A stretch of DNA of 64,000 nt. Source: Planctomycetaceae bacterium (GTDB taxonomy: Bacteria > Planctomycetota > Planctomycetia > Planctomycetales > Planctomycetaceae). Position 1 is the first letter of the stretch, and each line of letters begins with the position of its first letter. The notes under the pieces are model-generated. The model saw nothing but the letters and a program-made list of their open reading frames with translations. It made no database searches and was not told the origin of the DNA. Below are positions 36,987 to 46,623 of the stretch, piece by piece. Location of the stretch: positions 2,741-66,740 of the forward strand of contig JAXMBW010000020.1 in NCBI GenBank assembly GCA_046349675.1, given 5' to 3'. The translations under genes were made by a program, and so were the position numbers.

Positions 36987-38390
36987 ATGTCCCGCCGATC
37001 ACGAACCCGCGGCGGCCTTCCCGAATGGCTCAGCCAGACGGAGCTGCCGGTATTCGTCGTCGACTCGCGACGGGTCGTTCTGTTCTTCAATCGCGGCTGC
37101 GAAAGGCTGACGGGTTGGACAGCTGGGGACCTCATCGGCAAGGTGTGTGAGGTCCACTCCGACGGAGCTGCGGACCGACTGACGACTCTGCTTTCGGCTC
37201 TTTGCCCGCCGGTCCCTCCCGTGCCGACCTCGAATCGAATTCATGTCCTGACCCAAGAAGGAGAGAGCCTCGACCGGGTCGCCCATTTTTTCCCGCTGCC
37301 GCCCGTCGAACCAGAACCCGATGAATCCCATCCGCTGCGGTGGCTCGGAATCATTGGGCAGCGATCCGCCACGGTTTCAGTGGCCCCGGTCTCTGCGGAG
37401 TCGGAACTCCACGCGGAGCTGTCGACTCTCAAATCCGACCTGCGCAAGCGGTACTCGTTCGATCATGTGATTGCCACCGAATCGTCGATGCGGCGCCTGC
37501 TCGCCCGCTTACAACTCGCGGTCAATCAGCTCACAACCATTGCATTCTACGGCCAAGCTGGAACGGGGCGGGAGCATCTGGCCCGAGCGGTCCATTATGC
37601 GAGCGAGAATCGAATCCGCGCGTTTGTCCCCGTTGACTGTCGCCTTCCGGTCGAGGCCCTGAGTGAGATCCTCGATCGGCTCAGCACGCCCGACAAGATC
37701 GATTTGCCGATCCCCGTGCTGCGCGTGGGGGCGGTGCTGCTGCAGCATGTGGAAAGCCTGCCTCGCGAGTTACAGCTGTCTCTGATTGAGAATGTCGACC
37801 TCACCCCGGGCCCGCATGCCATTCGCTGGATGATGTCTGCGGCTTCGAGTTTCGATGGTCTGGTCGACACGGGTGTCATGCTCCCCGATTTTCGCGATAA
37901 GTTCGGAGTCCTCGAAGTCGCCTTGCCGTCGCTTCGCGAACGTCCGGCCGATCTCGCATTCCTCGCCCAGCACGCCCTCGAGGAATGCAACTCGGGTTCC
38001 CAGAAACAACTGACCGGTTTCAGCCCTGATGTGTGGCGGGAGTTTCAGGCCTACAACTGGCCCGGACAGCTGGACGAACTCTTCGCCGTGGTACGTGAGG
38101 CTCACGCAACCAGCGCGGGACCGATCGTGTCGATACCCGACCTCCCCTTCCGCTTTCGTGCGGGAAAGGAAGCTCAGAACGTCGGGCCTCCCCTCCCCAA
38201 CCTGCAGATTTCGCTCGACGAGCTGCTGACAAAGGTCGAGAAAGAACACCTGCTCTCCGCATTGGAACGATCACGAGGCAGCAAGCAATTGGCGGCAGAT
38301 TTCCTGGGAATTCCCCGCGCCAAGCTCTATCGCCGCATGGAAGCCCACGGGCTCTGGAAGCCGAATGACCCGCCCGAAACGGCTCCCTGA
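36987..38390 (+). CDS. PAS + AAA+ (sigma54-activator-like, degenerate) + Fis-type HTH transcriptional regulator
   Basis: It has the LPSLRERPADLAFLAQHAL block and a C-terminal GSKQLAADFLGIPRAKLYRRM HTH. Walker A reads GQAGTGRE. The Walker B position reads LLQHVE. No GAFTGA loop is present. Confidence 0.75.
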   Translation: MSRRSRTRGGLPEWLSQTELPVFVVDSRRVVLFFNRGCERLTGWTAGDLIGKVCEVHSDGAADRLTTLLSALCPPVPPVPTSNRIHVLTQEGESLDRVAHFFPLPPVEPEPDESHPLRWLGIIGQRSATVSVAPVSAESELHAELSTLKSDLRKRYSFDHVIATESSMRRLLARLQLAVNQLTTIAFYGQAGTGREHLARAVHYASENRIRAFVPVDCRLPVEALSEILDRLSTPDKIDLPIPVLRVGAVLLQHVESLPRELQLSLIENVDLTPGPHAIRWMMSAASSFDGLVDTGVMLPDFRDKFGVLEVALPSLRERPADLAFLAQHALEECNSGSQKQLTGFSPDVWREFQAYNWPGQLDELFAVVREAHATSAGPIVSIPDLPFRFRAGKEAQNVGPPLPNLQISLDELLTKVEKEHLLSALERSRGSKQLAADFLGIPRAKLYRRMEAHGLWKPNDPPETAP

Positions 38391-38449
38391 TTGCCTCGCA
38401 AAAGAATGTTCGGTTTGACAGCCATGAGCTTTCAAGGCACACTTGAGAT

Positions 38450-38980
38450 ATGGCGTCGCGCATTTCCCACCCCTGTGACAAGGTCGCTCAGTGCCCTCGG
38501 TTTTTCCGGGCACTGGTCCGGGTGATGCTCTGCCTGAGCCTATGGAGCGGTCCGACACCGGTCCTGCACGCCCATCATAAATCGGGCCAAGTCCTCGAAA
38601 ACAACCCCACTCTGGCCCAGCACGTCCAGACCTGCCACAGCCATGATGACTGTGAGTACTGCCAGCACTGGCACATGCATTTCATGCTCTGGGGCCAGAT
38701 GCAGCCCGACTCGCGTGACACAGACTCCGCCCCTCCACCGCCTCCGGTGCGAGACATGCAAGCGGAGTTCGCGGTCGCCCTGAGCACTTCAGGCGGCCAT
38801 TCCGAACTTGCTCGAGCTGAGGCCCAGCTCTGGTCGTTCGATCTGCTGGGACTGGCTGCGGATTTCGCACCGCCCACGCTGAAAGAGGTCGCTCTCAATC
38901 GAGCCCCATTGAATACTTACCAATGCCAGGTCGCGGCCAGTCATGATGCCGCTCGATTCCTGATGGTCGTACGTTGCTGA
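38450..38980 (+). CDS. His/Cys-rich hypothetical exported protein (DUF2946-like?)
   Basis: A hydrophobic leader LVRVMLCLSLWSG is followed by HAHHKSG...HVQTCHSHDDCEYCQHWHMH. It is on the same strand as the RND adaptor and immediately upstream of it. Confidence 0.5.
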   Translation: MASRISHPCDKVAQCPRFFRALVRVMLCLSLWSGPTPVLHAHHKSGQVLENNPTLAQHVQTCHSHDDCEYCQHWHMHFMLWGQMQPDSRDTDSAPPPPPVRDMQAEFAVALSTSGGHSELARAEAQLWSFDLLGLAADFAPPTLKEVALNRAPLNTYQCQVAASHDAARFLMVVRC

Positions 38981-39113
38981 TTTTATAGCGACCGTCCGAG
39001 TATTTGCTTCGTTCCGTTTCTGCCCGGCGTTAGTCCGGTTGTTATTCAGAGCGTGAACATCGTCCTCCCGGCTCGTCTCTCGAGAGCTTGCTTCAGTCCT
39101 GGAAGGTCTGGCC

Positions 39114-40568
39114 ATGAAATCCCGTATCTGGTCCGCGTTACTCTTTCTCTGCGTATTACTCATCGGTTCCGCCACGGTCTGGCACTTCTGGAGTGCGAAG
39201 TCCGCGCCTTTGGCGGAAGCTTCGGTCGCAACTCCTGCGAATGAAGTTCCACAAGGGATCGTTGAGTTGAGCGCCGAAAAAATCGAGGTCGCTGGTATCC
39301 ATGCCGTCCCCGTGGAGAAGCACTCGATTCGCCTGACTCGGACTGTTCCGGGGAGGATCCAATACGACGACACACGGCACGTCTCGCTCAAAGCAGCCAC
39401 CACCGGATCGCTGACCGAAGTGAAGGTGAAACCGGGTGACTCGGTCGGTGCGGGACAGGTTCTCGCCATTCTGAGCAGCCCCGAGGTCGGGACCGCGCGG
39501 GCCGAAGTTCTGGCGAAAGAGAACGATCTCAAACTCGCTCAAGCCGACCTCGACTGGGCGAACGCCACTTTCGATGGACTGAAAACGATGGTCAGCGCCA
39601 TCGAACAGCGGAAGCCTGTCGAGGAGATCCGCAAGATCCTGCAGGACAAGTCGGTCGGCAAGAGTCGCGACACCCTGCTGAGTGCCTACTCGCGTTTTCT
39701 GCTCGCGGATGCACTGGTTAAAAGTCTTTCCACAGCGAGCACCAACGGAGCTCTCTCCGGTCGCCAGGTCGCCGAACGGCAAAGCTCATTTGAGTCCGCC
39801 GAGGCCTCGCTCCAGGCCATCGCCGAGCAGGAAACTTACGACGCCCGCCGCCTCGTGACACAGGCCAAGAACGCCTGCGAGCAGGCGAAGAACACCCTCA
39901 AAATCAGCCAGCAACATCTGGTCACTCTGCTCGGTTACGACGAACCCGAGATGAATAACCAGGAGAGTGCTGTGAACGAGCGGCTCTCACACGTGGAGGT
40001 ACGAGCTCCTTTCCCCGGAACTATCGAGCAGAAGCTGTTCTCCATCTCCGAACGTGTTCAGCTGGGGGACACCCTCTTCGTGCTGGCTGATACCACGCAA
40101 ATGTGGGTGGCCGCCAATCTGCGGGAAGGAGAATGGTCAGCCACGACACTTCAGTCGGGCGACAAGGTCGTCGTCACCTCGCCCGCGATGCAGGGGCGAG
40201 AATTCCCTGCCTCGGTGTATTACATCGGGCGCGAGGTCTCGACTCAGACCAATGCCGTGCCACTGGTCGCGACGATCAGCAACGCCGACGGGCTGTTGCG
40301 TCCCGGGCTGTTTGTTCGAGTTCTGCTCCCCCTCGCGGAGACACGCGAGGTTCTCGCTGTTCCAGAGTCGGCGATCTGCGAGCATGACTCCAAGAGTTTT
40401 GTCTTCATGAGGACCGGTGAACGCACCTTCAAACAGGTTTTCATCGAGAAGGGAGTCCAGGAGGACCACTGGGTCGAAGTGAAGTCAGGACTCACCGGCA
40501 AAGAGAGCGTCGTTGATCACGGTGCGTTTGCGTTGAAGTCGGAACTGCTGCTCGAACGCGAAGAATGA
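39114..40568 (+). CDS. efflux RND periplasmic adaptor (membrane fusion protein, CzcB/CusB-like)
   Basis: It has an N-terminal anchor and a lipoyl-like block (GSLTEVKVKPGDSVGAGQVLAIL). A long coiled-coil segment and beta-barrel C-terminal blocks follow. Confidence 0.85.
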   Translation: MKSRIWSALLFLCVLLIGSATVWHFWSAKSAPLAEASVATPANEVPQGIVELSAEKIEVAGIHAVPVEKHSIRLTRTVPGRIQYDDTRHVSLKAATTGSLTEVKVKPGDSVGAGQVLAILSSPEVGTARAEVLAKENDLKLAQADLDWANATFDGLKTMVSAIEQRKPVEEIRKILQDKSVGKSRDTLLSAYSRFLLADALVKSLSTASTNGALSGRQVAERQSSFESAEASLQAIAEQETYDARRLVTQAKNACEQAKNTLKISQQHLVTLLGYDEPEMNNQESAVNERLSHVEVRAPFPGTIEQKLFSISERVQLGDTLFVLADTTQMWVAANLREGEWSATTLQSGDKVVVTSPAMQGREFPASVYYIGREVSTQTNAVPLVATISNADGLLRPGLFVRVLLPLAETREVLAVPESAICEHDSKSFVFMRTGERTFKQVFIEKGVQEDHWVEVKSGLTGKESVVDHGAFALKSELLLEREE

Positions 40569-40664
40569 GTGGTCTCCCTCCGCTGCCATCGAGCAGCGGT
40601 GTGAAGTGTGGCTGCGTTTTTCGTTGTTCTTCCCGGGCTCCGCCCTCGCTTCAAGGCGTTCCTC

Positions 40665-43600
40665 ATGCTCACCTCTCTGATTGATCTGTCGCTGCAAAAT
40701 CGCTTTCTGGTGATCACGCTGACACTGTTGATGGCTGTCGCGGGAATCAGCGCAGCCATCAACCTGCCGATCGATGCAGTGCCAGACATGACGAATGTCC
40801 AGGTCACCATCATGACCGATGCCGGGGCCCTCTCGCCCATTGAAGTCGAGCGCTATGTCACCAATCCCATCGAAATGACGATTGGTCGAGCACCACGCGT
40901 CGAACAGGTTCGCAGCGTCTCCAAGTTCGGGATCTCGGTGGTTACGCTCGTCTTTGAAGAAGGGACTGACATCTATTGGGCACGCCAGGTCGTCTCTGAA
41001 CGCCTCACGAATGCCGCCTCAAAGATCCCGCCGGGGTTCGGCCGTCCCGAGATGGGACCCCTCACCACAGCTCTCGGAGAAATCCTGCAGTTCGAGGTCC
41101 GCGGCGAGGGCTATACGCCCATGGAGCTGCGAACGATTCTGGAGTGGGATGTCGCCCCAAAAATGCGTGAGGTCAAAGGCGTCACCGAGATCAACACGCA
41201 TGGCGGCTACTACAAGACCTATGAGATCCGCCCGTTCCCCGATCGTCTCACCAGCAACGGCATCACCTTTGACGAGTTGTTCAAAGTCGTCTCCGAGAAC
41301 AACACCTCGGCGGGTGGTGGTTACTTTGTCCATCATGATGAACAGCGTTTCATCCGAGGCCAGGCACTTCTGGAGAACATGGATGACATTCGTTCGATTG
41401 TCATTCGCCGCGACGAGAATGGCACTCCTCTGCTGATCCGCGACGTGGCGGATGTTGTGGAAGCCCCCATGACGCGCCAGGGGGCAGTGACCCGCGACGG
41501 ACGAGGCGAAGCGGTCACCGGACTGGTGATGATGCTGGTTGGCGAGAACTCCCGACGTGTCGTGGAACGAGCCAAGGCTCGCATCGCCGAGATCGAGCCG
41601 ACCCTCCCTGCTGGAGTCACAATCGAGATCATCTATGACCGGGCCGATCTGATCGGACGTACGCTTCACACCGTCATCAAGAACCTTTTGGAAGGGGGCG
41701 TACTGGTCATCGTTGTTCTCCTTTTCATGCTGGGATCATTCCGGGCGGGAGTGGTGGTCGCATTGGCGATTCCGCTGTCGGTCTTGTTCGCCACGAACCT
41801 GATGCACACCTTTGGCATCACAGCCAGCCTGATGAGCCTGGGGGCGATCGACTTTGGTCTGATCGTCGACTCGTCGGTCATCATGATCGAGAACTGCATT
41901 CACCGCCTGACTCATAACCCCGAGGGGCGCAATCGCATTGTCGTCATTCGCGATGCGTGTATCGAAGTCCGCAAGCCAACGATGTTCGGTGAGCTGATCA
42001 TCTCGATCGTCTATTTGCCGATCTTGCTGTTACAGGGCACCGAAGGAAAGCTGTTCCGGCCGATGGCGTTGACGGTGTTGTTCGCGTTGTTTGGCTCGTT
42101 GATCCTGTCAATGACGCTGATGCCTGTGCTGGCCACGCTGGCATTACCGAAGAAAATCTCGGACAAGGAAATCCTCCTGGTCCGTGTGATTAAGACCATC
42201 TATCGCCCGATCGTCATGAGAGCGGTATCTCACCCCGCGACGACTGCGTTAATTGCAATCTGCGTCTTCGCCATCAGTCTGCCCGTGGCAATGAATCTGG
42301 GTGGCGAGTTCATGCCCAAGTTGTCGGAGGGTGACTTGCTGATCGAAGCCAACCGGCTGCCGAGTGCCGCGCTGGAAGGCGCCATCGGCATGTCGGACAA
42401 CATCGAGAAACACCTGCTGAAGTTCCCTGAGGTCAAAACGGTCTTCTGCAAGACGGGCCGCCCCGAGATCGCCAACGACGTGATGGGCGTTCAGCAAACC
42501 GACGTGTGGGTCATCCTCAACGATCCCACGACCTGGCCCAAACCCAAGACACGCGATGAGCTCGTTGAGGAGATGTCCGACGTGCTCTACAAGAACGTCC
42601 CGGGAACGGTCTTCGCCTTCACACAGCCGATCGAAATGCGAGTGGATGAACTGGTGGCCGGCGTGAAGGCCGACGTGGCGGTCCTGCTCTACGGGGAAGA
42701 CATGTCGATCCTCGGCACCAAGGCCAAAGAGATCGAACGCGTCCTCAAGGAGATCCCCGGCGCGGTCGACGTGAAGGCCGACTACCAGGCCAATCTGAGC
42801 ACTCTCACGATCGTCCCACGACGCGATGCCCTGGCTCAATACGGCATCGAAGCCCGGAAAGTCATGGATGTTGTCGCCTCTCTCGGTGGGCATGAGGTCG
42901 GCCTGATCTTCGATGGCCGCAAACGGTTCCCGATCACCGTCAAGATTCCCGAAGAGTGGCGAGGCAAGATCGAGATGCTCGAACAGCTGCCGGTCGCCTC
43001 ATCGAACGGCTCACCGGTCCCGCTGGTGGAGCTCGCCGACATTCGGATTGAGGAAACTCCTCCGAGTGTCGAGCATGAATCCAATCGACGCCGAACCTTC
43101 ATCGCCGCGAACGTGCGCGGACGCGATGTGGCCTCATTCGTGGAAGCTGCCCAGAAAGCAGTCGCAAAACAAGTCGACTTTCCGACCGGTTATGAAATCC
43201 GCTGGGGCGGCGACTTCGAGAATCTGCAATCGGCCAAGCAGCGGTTGATGCTGATCACGCCCGTGGTGCTGCTGCTGATTTTCCTGCTATTGCACACCAG
43301 TCTGCATTCGGTTCAGCTTTCACTGCTGATCTTCCTGGCTGTGCCGATGGCCGCTTCGGGGGGCGTCTATGCACTCGCGATCCGCGACATGCCGTTCAGT
43401 ATCTCGGCGGGCGTGGGATTCATCGCGCTCTTCGGGGTCGCGGTGTTGAACGGGCTCGTCTGGGTCAGTGCGGCGGAACACCTGCGACTAACCGGGATGC
43501 CCATGGATCAGGTCACTCGCGAGACAGCCATGGCTCGACTGCGACCGGTCCTTATGACCGCAGCTGTGGCGAGTCTGGGGTTCCTGCCGATGGCGTTCTC

Positions 43601-43784
43601 GCATGGCGACGGAGCTGAGATGCAGAAGCCGCTCGCGACGGTGGTAATCGGCGGGCTGGTGACTTCAACGCTGCTCACGTCGCTGGTCATCCCGGCGATT
43701 TATCCGTGGTTTGCCCGCGGCCTCAAGATCGCTCCGGATGAATTCGACCAATTGTCCGACCTGCCACCCGCGACGGGACACTGA
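40665..43784 (+). CDS. CusA/CzcA family heavy-metal efflux RND transporter
   Basis: The MLTSLIDLSLQNRFLV start is typical. It has AIDFGLIVDSSVIMIEN (a D-x5-D-x6-E proton relay in TM4) and a 12-TM layout. The ORF is open from 40608. Confidence 0.9.
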   Translation: MLTSLIDLSLQNRFLVITLTLLMAVAGISAAINLPIDAVPDMTNVQVTIMTDAGALSPIEVERYVTNPIEMTIGRAPRVEQVRSVSKFGISVVTLVFEEGTDIYWARQVVSERLTNAASKIPPGFGRPEMGPLTTALGEILQFEVRGEGYTPMELRTILEWDVAPKMREVKGVTEINTHGGYYKTYEIRPFPDRLTSNGITFDELFKVVSENNTSAGGGYFVHHDEQRFIRGQALLENMDDIRSIVIRRDENGTPLLIRDVADVVEAPMTRQGAVTRDGRGEAVTGLVMMLVGENSRRVVERAKARIAEIEPTLPAGVTIEIIYDRADLIGRTLHTVIKNLLEGGVLVIVVLLFMLGSFRAGVVVALAIPLSVLFATNLMHTFGITASLMSLGAIDFGLIVDSSVIMIENCIHRLTHNPEGRNRIVVIRDACIEVRKPTMFGELIISIVYLPILLLQGTEGKLFRPMALTVLFALFGSLILSMTLMPVLATLALPKKISDKEILLVRVIKTIYRPIVMRAVSHPATTALIAICVFAISLPVAMNLGGEFMPKLSEGDLLIEANRLPSAALEGAIGMSDNIEKHLLKFPEVKTVFCKTGRPEIANDVMGVQQTDVWVILNDPTTWPKPKTRDELVEEMSDVLYKNVPGTVFAFTQPIEMRVDELVAGVKADVAVLLYGEDMSILGTKAKEIERVLKEIPGAVDVKADYQANLSTLTIVPRRDALAQYGIEARKVMDVVASLGGHEVGLIFDGRKRFPITVKIPEEWRGKIEMLEQLPVASSNGSPVPLVELADIRIEETPPSVEHESNRRRTFIAANVRGRDVASFVEAAQKAVAKQVDFPTGYEIRWGGDFENLQSAKQRLMLITPVVLLLIFLLLHTSLHSVQLSLLIFLAVPMAASGGVYALAIRDMPFSISAGVGFIALFGVAVLNGLVWVSAAEHLRLTGMPMDQVTRETAMARLRPVLMTAAVASLGFLPMAFSHGDGAEMQKPLATVVIGGLVTSTLLTSLVIPAIYPWFARGLKIAPDEFDQLSDLPPATGH

Positions 43785-43819
43785 GTCTCGACAGGGGCTT
43801 GCAGCTCGACAGGTGGCGG

Positions 43820-44512
43820 TTACCGAAACGGTCCTGACTGCATGTTCGACATCGTGAACGACATGAACAGGACGCCCGCGTAGGTCAATCCATGGGTGAG
43901 GAAGTAAACGGCAGCGAGTCCACCAACCAGGACGCTGATCTTTCTCGCGTATTCATCGCCCTTATGGGGGCTCATCGAGTTGCACACGCCTTGCAGGATA
44001 TGACCTCCATCGAGCGGCAACACCGGAATGAGATTGATCACTCCCCACCAGACGTTGATGAAGCAGAAATCCTTGATGCCGGCATGAATCAATTCGCGAG
44101 CTGGTCGATCTAATTGTTGCTCCGCGAATTGCTCAATGGGGGCTTTGAGAACAAAGGCCATCAGCGCAAACAACAGGAACCCCGCTGTTGGTCCCGCCAA
44201 TGCGATCAGGATCGACTTCCCTTGTGAGTGATTTCTTCCCGGCACGTAGACCGCGACTCCTCCCATGAGGTAGAGCGAGACGCCCACCACGTAACAGCCC
44301 ATCCAGCGGGCGACCAGAGCATGCCCCATTTCATGAGCCAGAATCGAGATCAAACAGACCACAACCCACATCAGCAGGTACGGTGGCCCCTTCTGCATAT
44401 GCTCCCAGCCCAGCAGCACCGAGCCGAGCCAGAACATCGGCGCCACCCGCACGGGAATTCCAAACAGAGAAAACCGCAGGTCAAATTCCGACGGCTGGTA
44501 ATTGCCAAACAT
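43820..44512 (-). CDS. M50 family (site-2 protease-like) membrane metalloprotease
   Basis: It has the HEMGHALVARWMG (HExxH) and NLIPVLPLDGGHIL motifs and is a polytopic membrane protein. Confidence 0.8.
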   Translation of the reverse strand: MFGNYQPSEFDLRFSLFGIPVRVAPMFWLGSVLLGWEHMQKGPPYLLMWVVVCLISILAHEMGHALVARWMGCYVVGVSLYLMGGVAVYVPGRNHSQGKSILIALAGPTAGFLLFALMAFVLKAPIEQFAEQQLDRPARELIHAGIKDFCFINVWWGVINLIPVLPLDGGHILQGVCNSMSPHKGDEYARKISVLVGGLAAVYFLTHGLTYAGVLFMSFTMSNMQSGPFR

Positions 44513-44687
44513 GCCAAGGTCTCATGGAGAGGATGAATCGGGCGTGAGTATACGACCCACCACTCCAGATACGCCATCTGGGCCGCTGGTGTGAGCGGCA
44601 AGCTCCCAATTCAGACGGACTCGCTCCCTCGGGAGGGCGAAGCATATCTTTCGAGGAAACTCCGCCGAGGCACCAACACGCGACTCA

Positions 44688-45494
44688 CTAGCCCTTGCGC
44701 AACGCTCCGAACGTCGTCTTCATAATCTCCTGCAACAAGCTGCTGTCGTTGGAGTGGACGACAAACCGCGAGCCTTGCTTGATGGTGCGCAGCTGTTGCT
44801 CGACCGTGCCGAACCAGGAGCCGGCGGGGATGTGTCGTTTGTTTCCGGCGTCGATGACCTTCTGCAGGATTGCGATGAAGTCGGGATGGTCGTACTCGTT
44901 CGGGATGCCCATGTTGGTCGTCATGTCGTTGGGACCGACGAACAGGGCGCTGACGCCGGGGATCTCGCAAATCGCATCGAGGTTCTCGACCGCCCGCACC
45001 GATTCGATCATCGGCACAAAGATCGTATCGACGCAGCGTTCCTCGGTGACATAGCGTCGGGTCTTGTCGCTGGGCCATTGTCCCTCGCGAATCACACGCT
45101 CCAGAGCCTCGCCCTTCAGCGGTCGATAGACCGCAGCTGCGGCCAGACGCTTGATCTGTTCGACATCTTCGGCATAGGGAATCACCACGCCGTCGAAGGT
45201 GTCGCAGACCTTGGCCACATCGTCGAAGTCACGGCTGTGAGTGCGGGCCAGGCAGGCGATTCCTTTCGCCGCCAAGGCATACCGCAGCGGCATAAAGTCA
45301 GCGATGTCGAGCGAATTATGCTCGGCGGTCACGATGACAAAGTCGAGCGAGTTGTCCGGAATGAAGTCGACCACCGCGGGCACGACCGCATGTTGAATGA
45401 GCGTTCCATAAACCGGAATCCCCTGCCGCATTTTGTCCTTCAGGACACGGGCAGGCTTGGAAGGTTTGGCCGCGTATGGAGACGTTTGATTCAT
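44688..45494 (-). CDS. HpcH/HpaI family aldolase
   Basis: LDFVIVTAEHNSLD, PMIESV and LFVGPNDMT are blocks typical of class II 2-keto-3-deoxy-acid aldolases. Confidence 0.75.
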   Translation of the reverse strand: MNQTSPYAAKPSKPARVLKDKMRQGIPVYGTLIQHAVVPAVVDFIPDNSLDFVIVTAEHNSLDIADFMPLRYALAAKGIACLARTHSRDFDDVAKVCDTFDGVVIPYAEDVEQIKRLAAAAVYRPLKGEALERVIREGQWPSDKTRRYVTEERCVDTIFVPMIESVRAVENLDAICEIPGVSALFVGPNDMTTNMGIPNEYDHPDFIAILQKVIDAGNKRHIPAGSWFGTVEQQLRTIKQGSRFVVHSNDSSLLQEIMKTTFGALRKG

Positions 45495-45593
45495 AGTGAG
45501 GCCCTCGATGACTGTACTGTATTCCAGGGAGAATCGATTTGCTGTCGACGACTGCAGGCAGCCTAGACGTGTTCAGACTTCCTCTTCAGATTC

Positions 45594-45654
45594 GGACAGA
45601 CAGGAATGTCTGTCCCACTTCGGAATTCCATGCAACAGACATGCCAGTCTGTTC
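45594..45654. repeat. REP-like palindromic element, two hairpins
   Basis: Hairpin 1 is GGACAGAC-AGGAAT-GTCTGTCC (45594-45615, perfect 8-bp stem). Hairpin 2 is AACAGAC-ATGCCA-GTCTGTT (45635-45654). The element lies 32 nt downstream of the stop at 45686. Confidence 0.85.
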
Positions 45655-45685
45655 TTTCCATGTGGCGGCTCGAAGCAGGTGTGAC

Positions 45686-46438
45686 CTAGTCTCCCAGCAG
45701 CTTCAGCAGCACATTGTCATGTGGATACGGATGCCCTTTGTGCTGGCGGTAGGCCTCGCCGTAGGCTTTGCCGATCTTCTCCCCTCGCAGAGCTGACCAG
45801 CGGCGGCACCCGTCGAGGTACTCATCCAGACCATGCTGTTGCCGCAACCACTCCCGCTGGCTGGAGTGACAGGCGAGCATGCTCAGCTTCTTCTCAAAGG
45901 TGTCGCTGATATCGACGATGAACTCCGGCTCGATCGGGTTGCCGTACCAGTCAATCCCCTCAATCGGGTCGACGTAGTAGAGAGCGGGAATCTTCGTTGT
46001 CGCGGGAGCGGGGTCCCATTGCTGGGTCTTGTAGTTCGGGCAAGAGGCATTGAACAACGCATCCCGCACCAGCAGGCTCGTCACCTCATGGTCGGACATG
46101 TAATCGACTGGCGGAGCGGTCAGCACAATGTCGGGCCGGGTCTTGCGAATCACTTCTGTCACGCGGCGACGACTTTCGTTGTCGTGGCAGATCTGCAGGT
46201 CCTTGAACTCCAGGCACAGATACTCAGCCCCCAGCAGGTCAGCTGCAGCTTTCGCTTCCTTCCGTCGCACAGCTGCGATCTCGTCCGGACCGAGGACTGC
46301 ACTGCCGCCATCGCCAGCGGTCATCGTCGCCATCACAATTTCACAGCCCAGCTGCTTCAGCCGAACAAGCGTCCCGGCACATTGAATCTCGATGTCATCG
46401 GGGTGAGCGTGAATGGCCAGGATACGAGGCAACGACAT
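45686..46438 (-). CDS. PIG-L/LmbE family deacetylase
   Basis: [19 protein letters not shown] is the family signature (AHPDD). Confidence 0.8.
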   Translation of the reverse strand: MSLPRILAIHAHPDDIEIQCAGTLVRLKQLGCEIVMATMTAGDGGSAVLGPDEIAAVRRKEAKAAADLLGAEYLCLEFKDLQICHDNESRRRVTEVIRKTRPDIVLTAPPVDYMSDHEVTSLLVRDALFNASCPNYKTQQWDPAPATTKIPALYYVDPIEGIDWYGNPIEPEFIVDISDTFEKKLSMLACHSSQREWLRQQHGLDEYLDGCRRWSALRGEKIGKAYGEAYRQHKGHPYPHDNVLLKLLGD

Positions 46439-46623
46439 AAAGCACCGGCAAAGTCAGGGGGGACGGACATCGAAGGTTGTCGGTTCAGTTTACCGACTCG
46501 CGAGAGAACTGTCGCACTGAGACGACGCCGTTCGTTGCCCGTACTCCACCCTCTCGCGTACAGTGAAGCAGTTGCGGAGGACGACCGATCTCTGCAAATC
46601 CCCGCACCGCGAGAGCCGTCAGG

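Noticed and set aside
38391-39113. A sigma54 promoter (TGGCAC-N5-TTGC) expected downstream of the bEBP-like regulator
   Set aside because: I scanned both intergenic stretches by eye. A GGCAC occurs near 38435, but no TTGC lies at the required spacing. No convincing -24/-12 element was found.
38789-39532. 247-aa minus-strand ORF spanning the His-rich gene end and the adaptor gene start
   Set aside because: It is antisense to two same-strand genes and its product is low-complexity Ser/Thr/Arg-rich.
45496-45684. Small ORFs whose products contain DRQECLSH-like peptides (also 16165-16461, 19603-20196 and 55990-56223)
   Set aside because: They are translations of the REP-like palindrome and its flanks in intergenic DNA. 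The shared peptide reflects DNA repeat identity, not a protein family.
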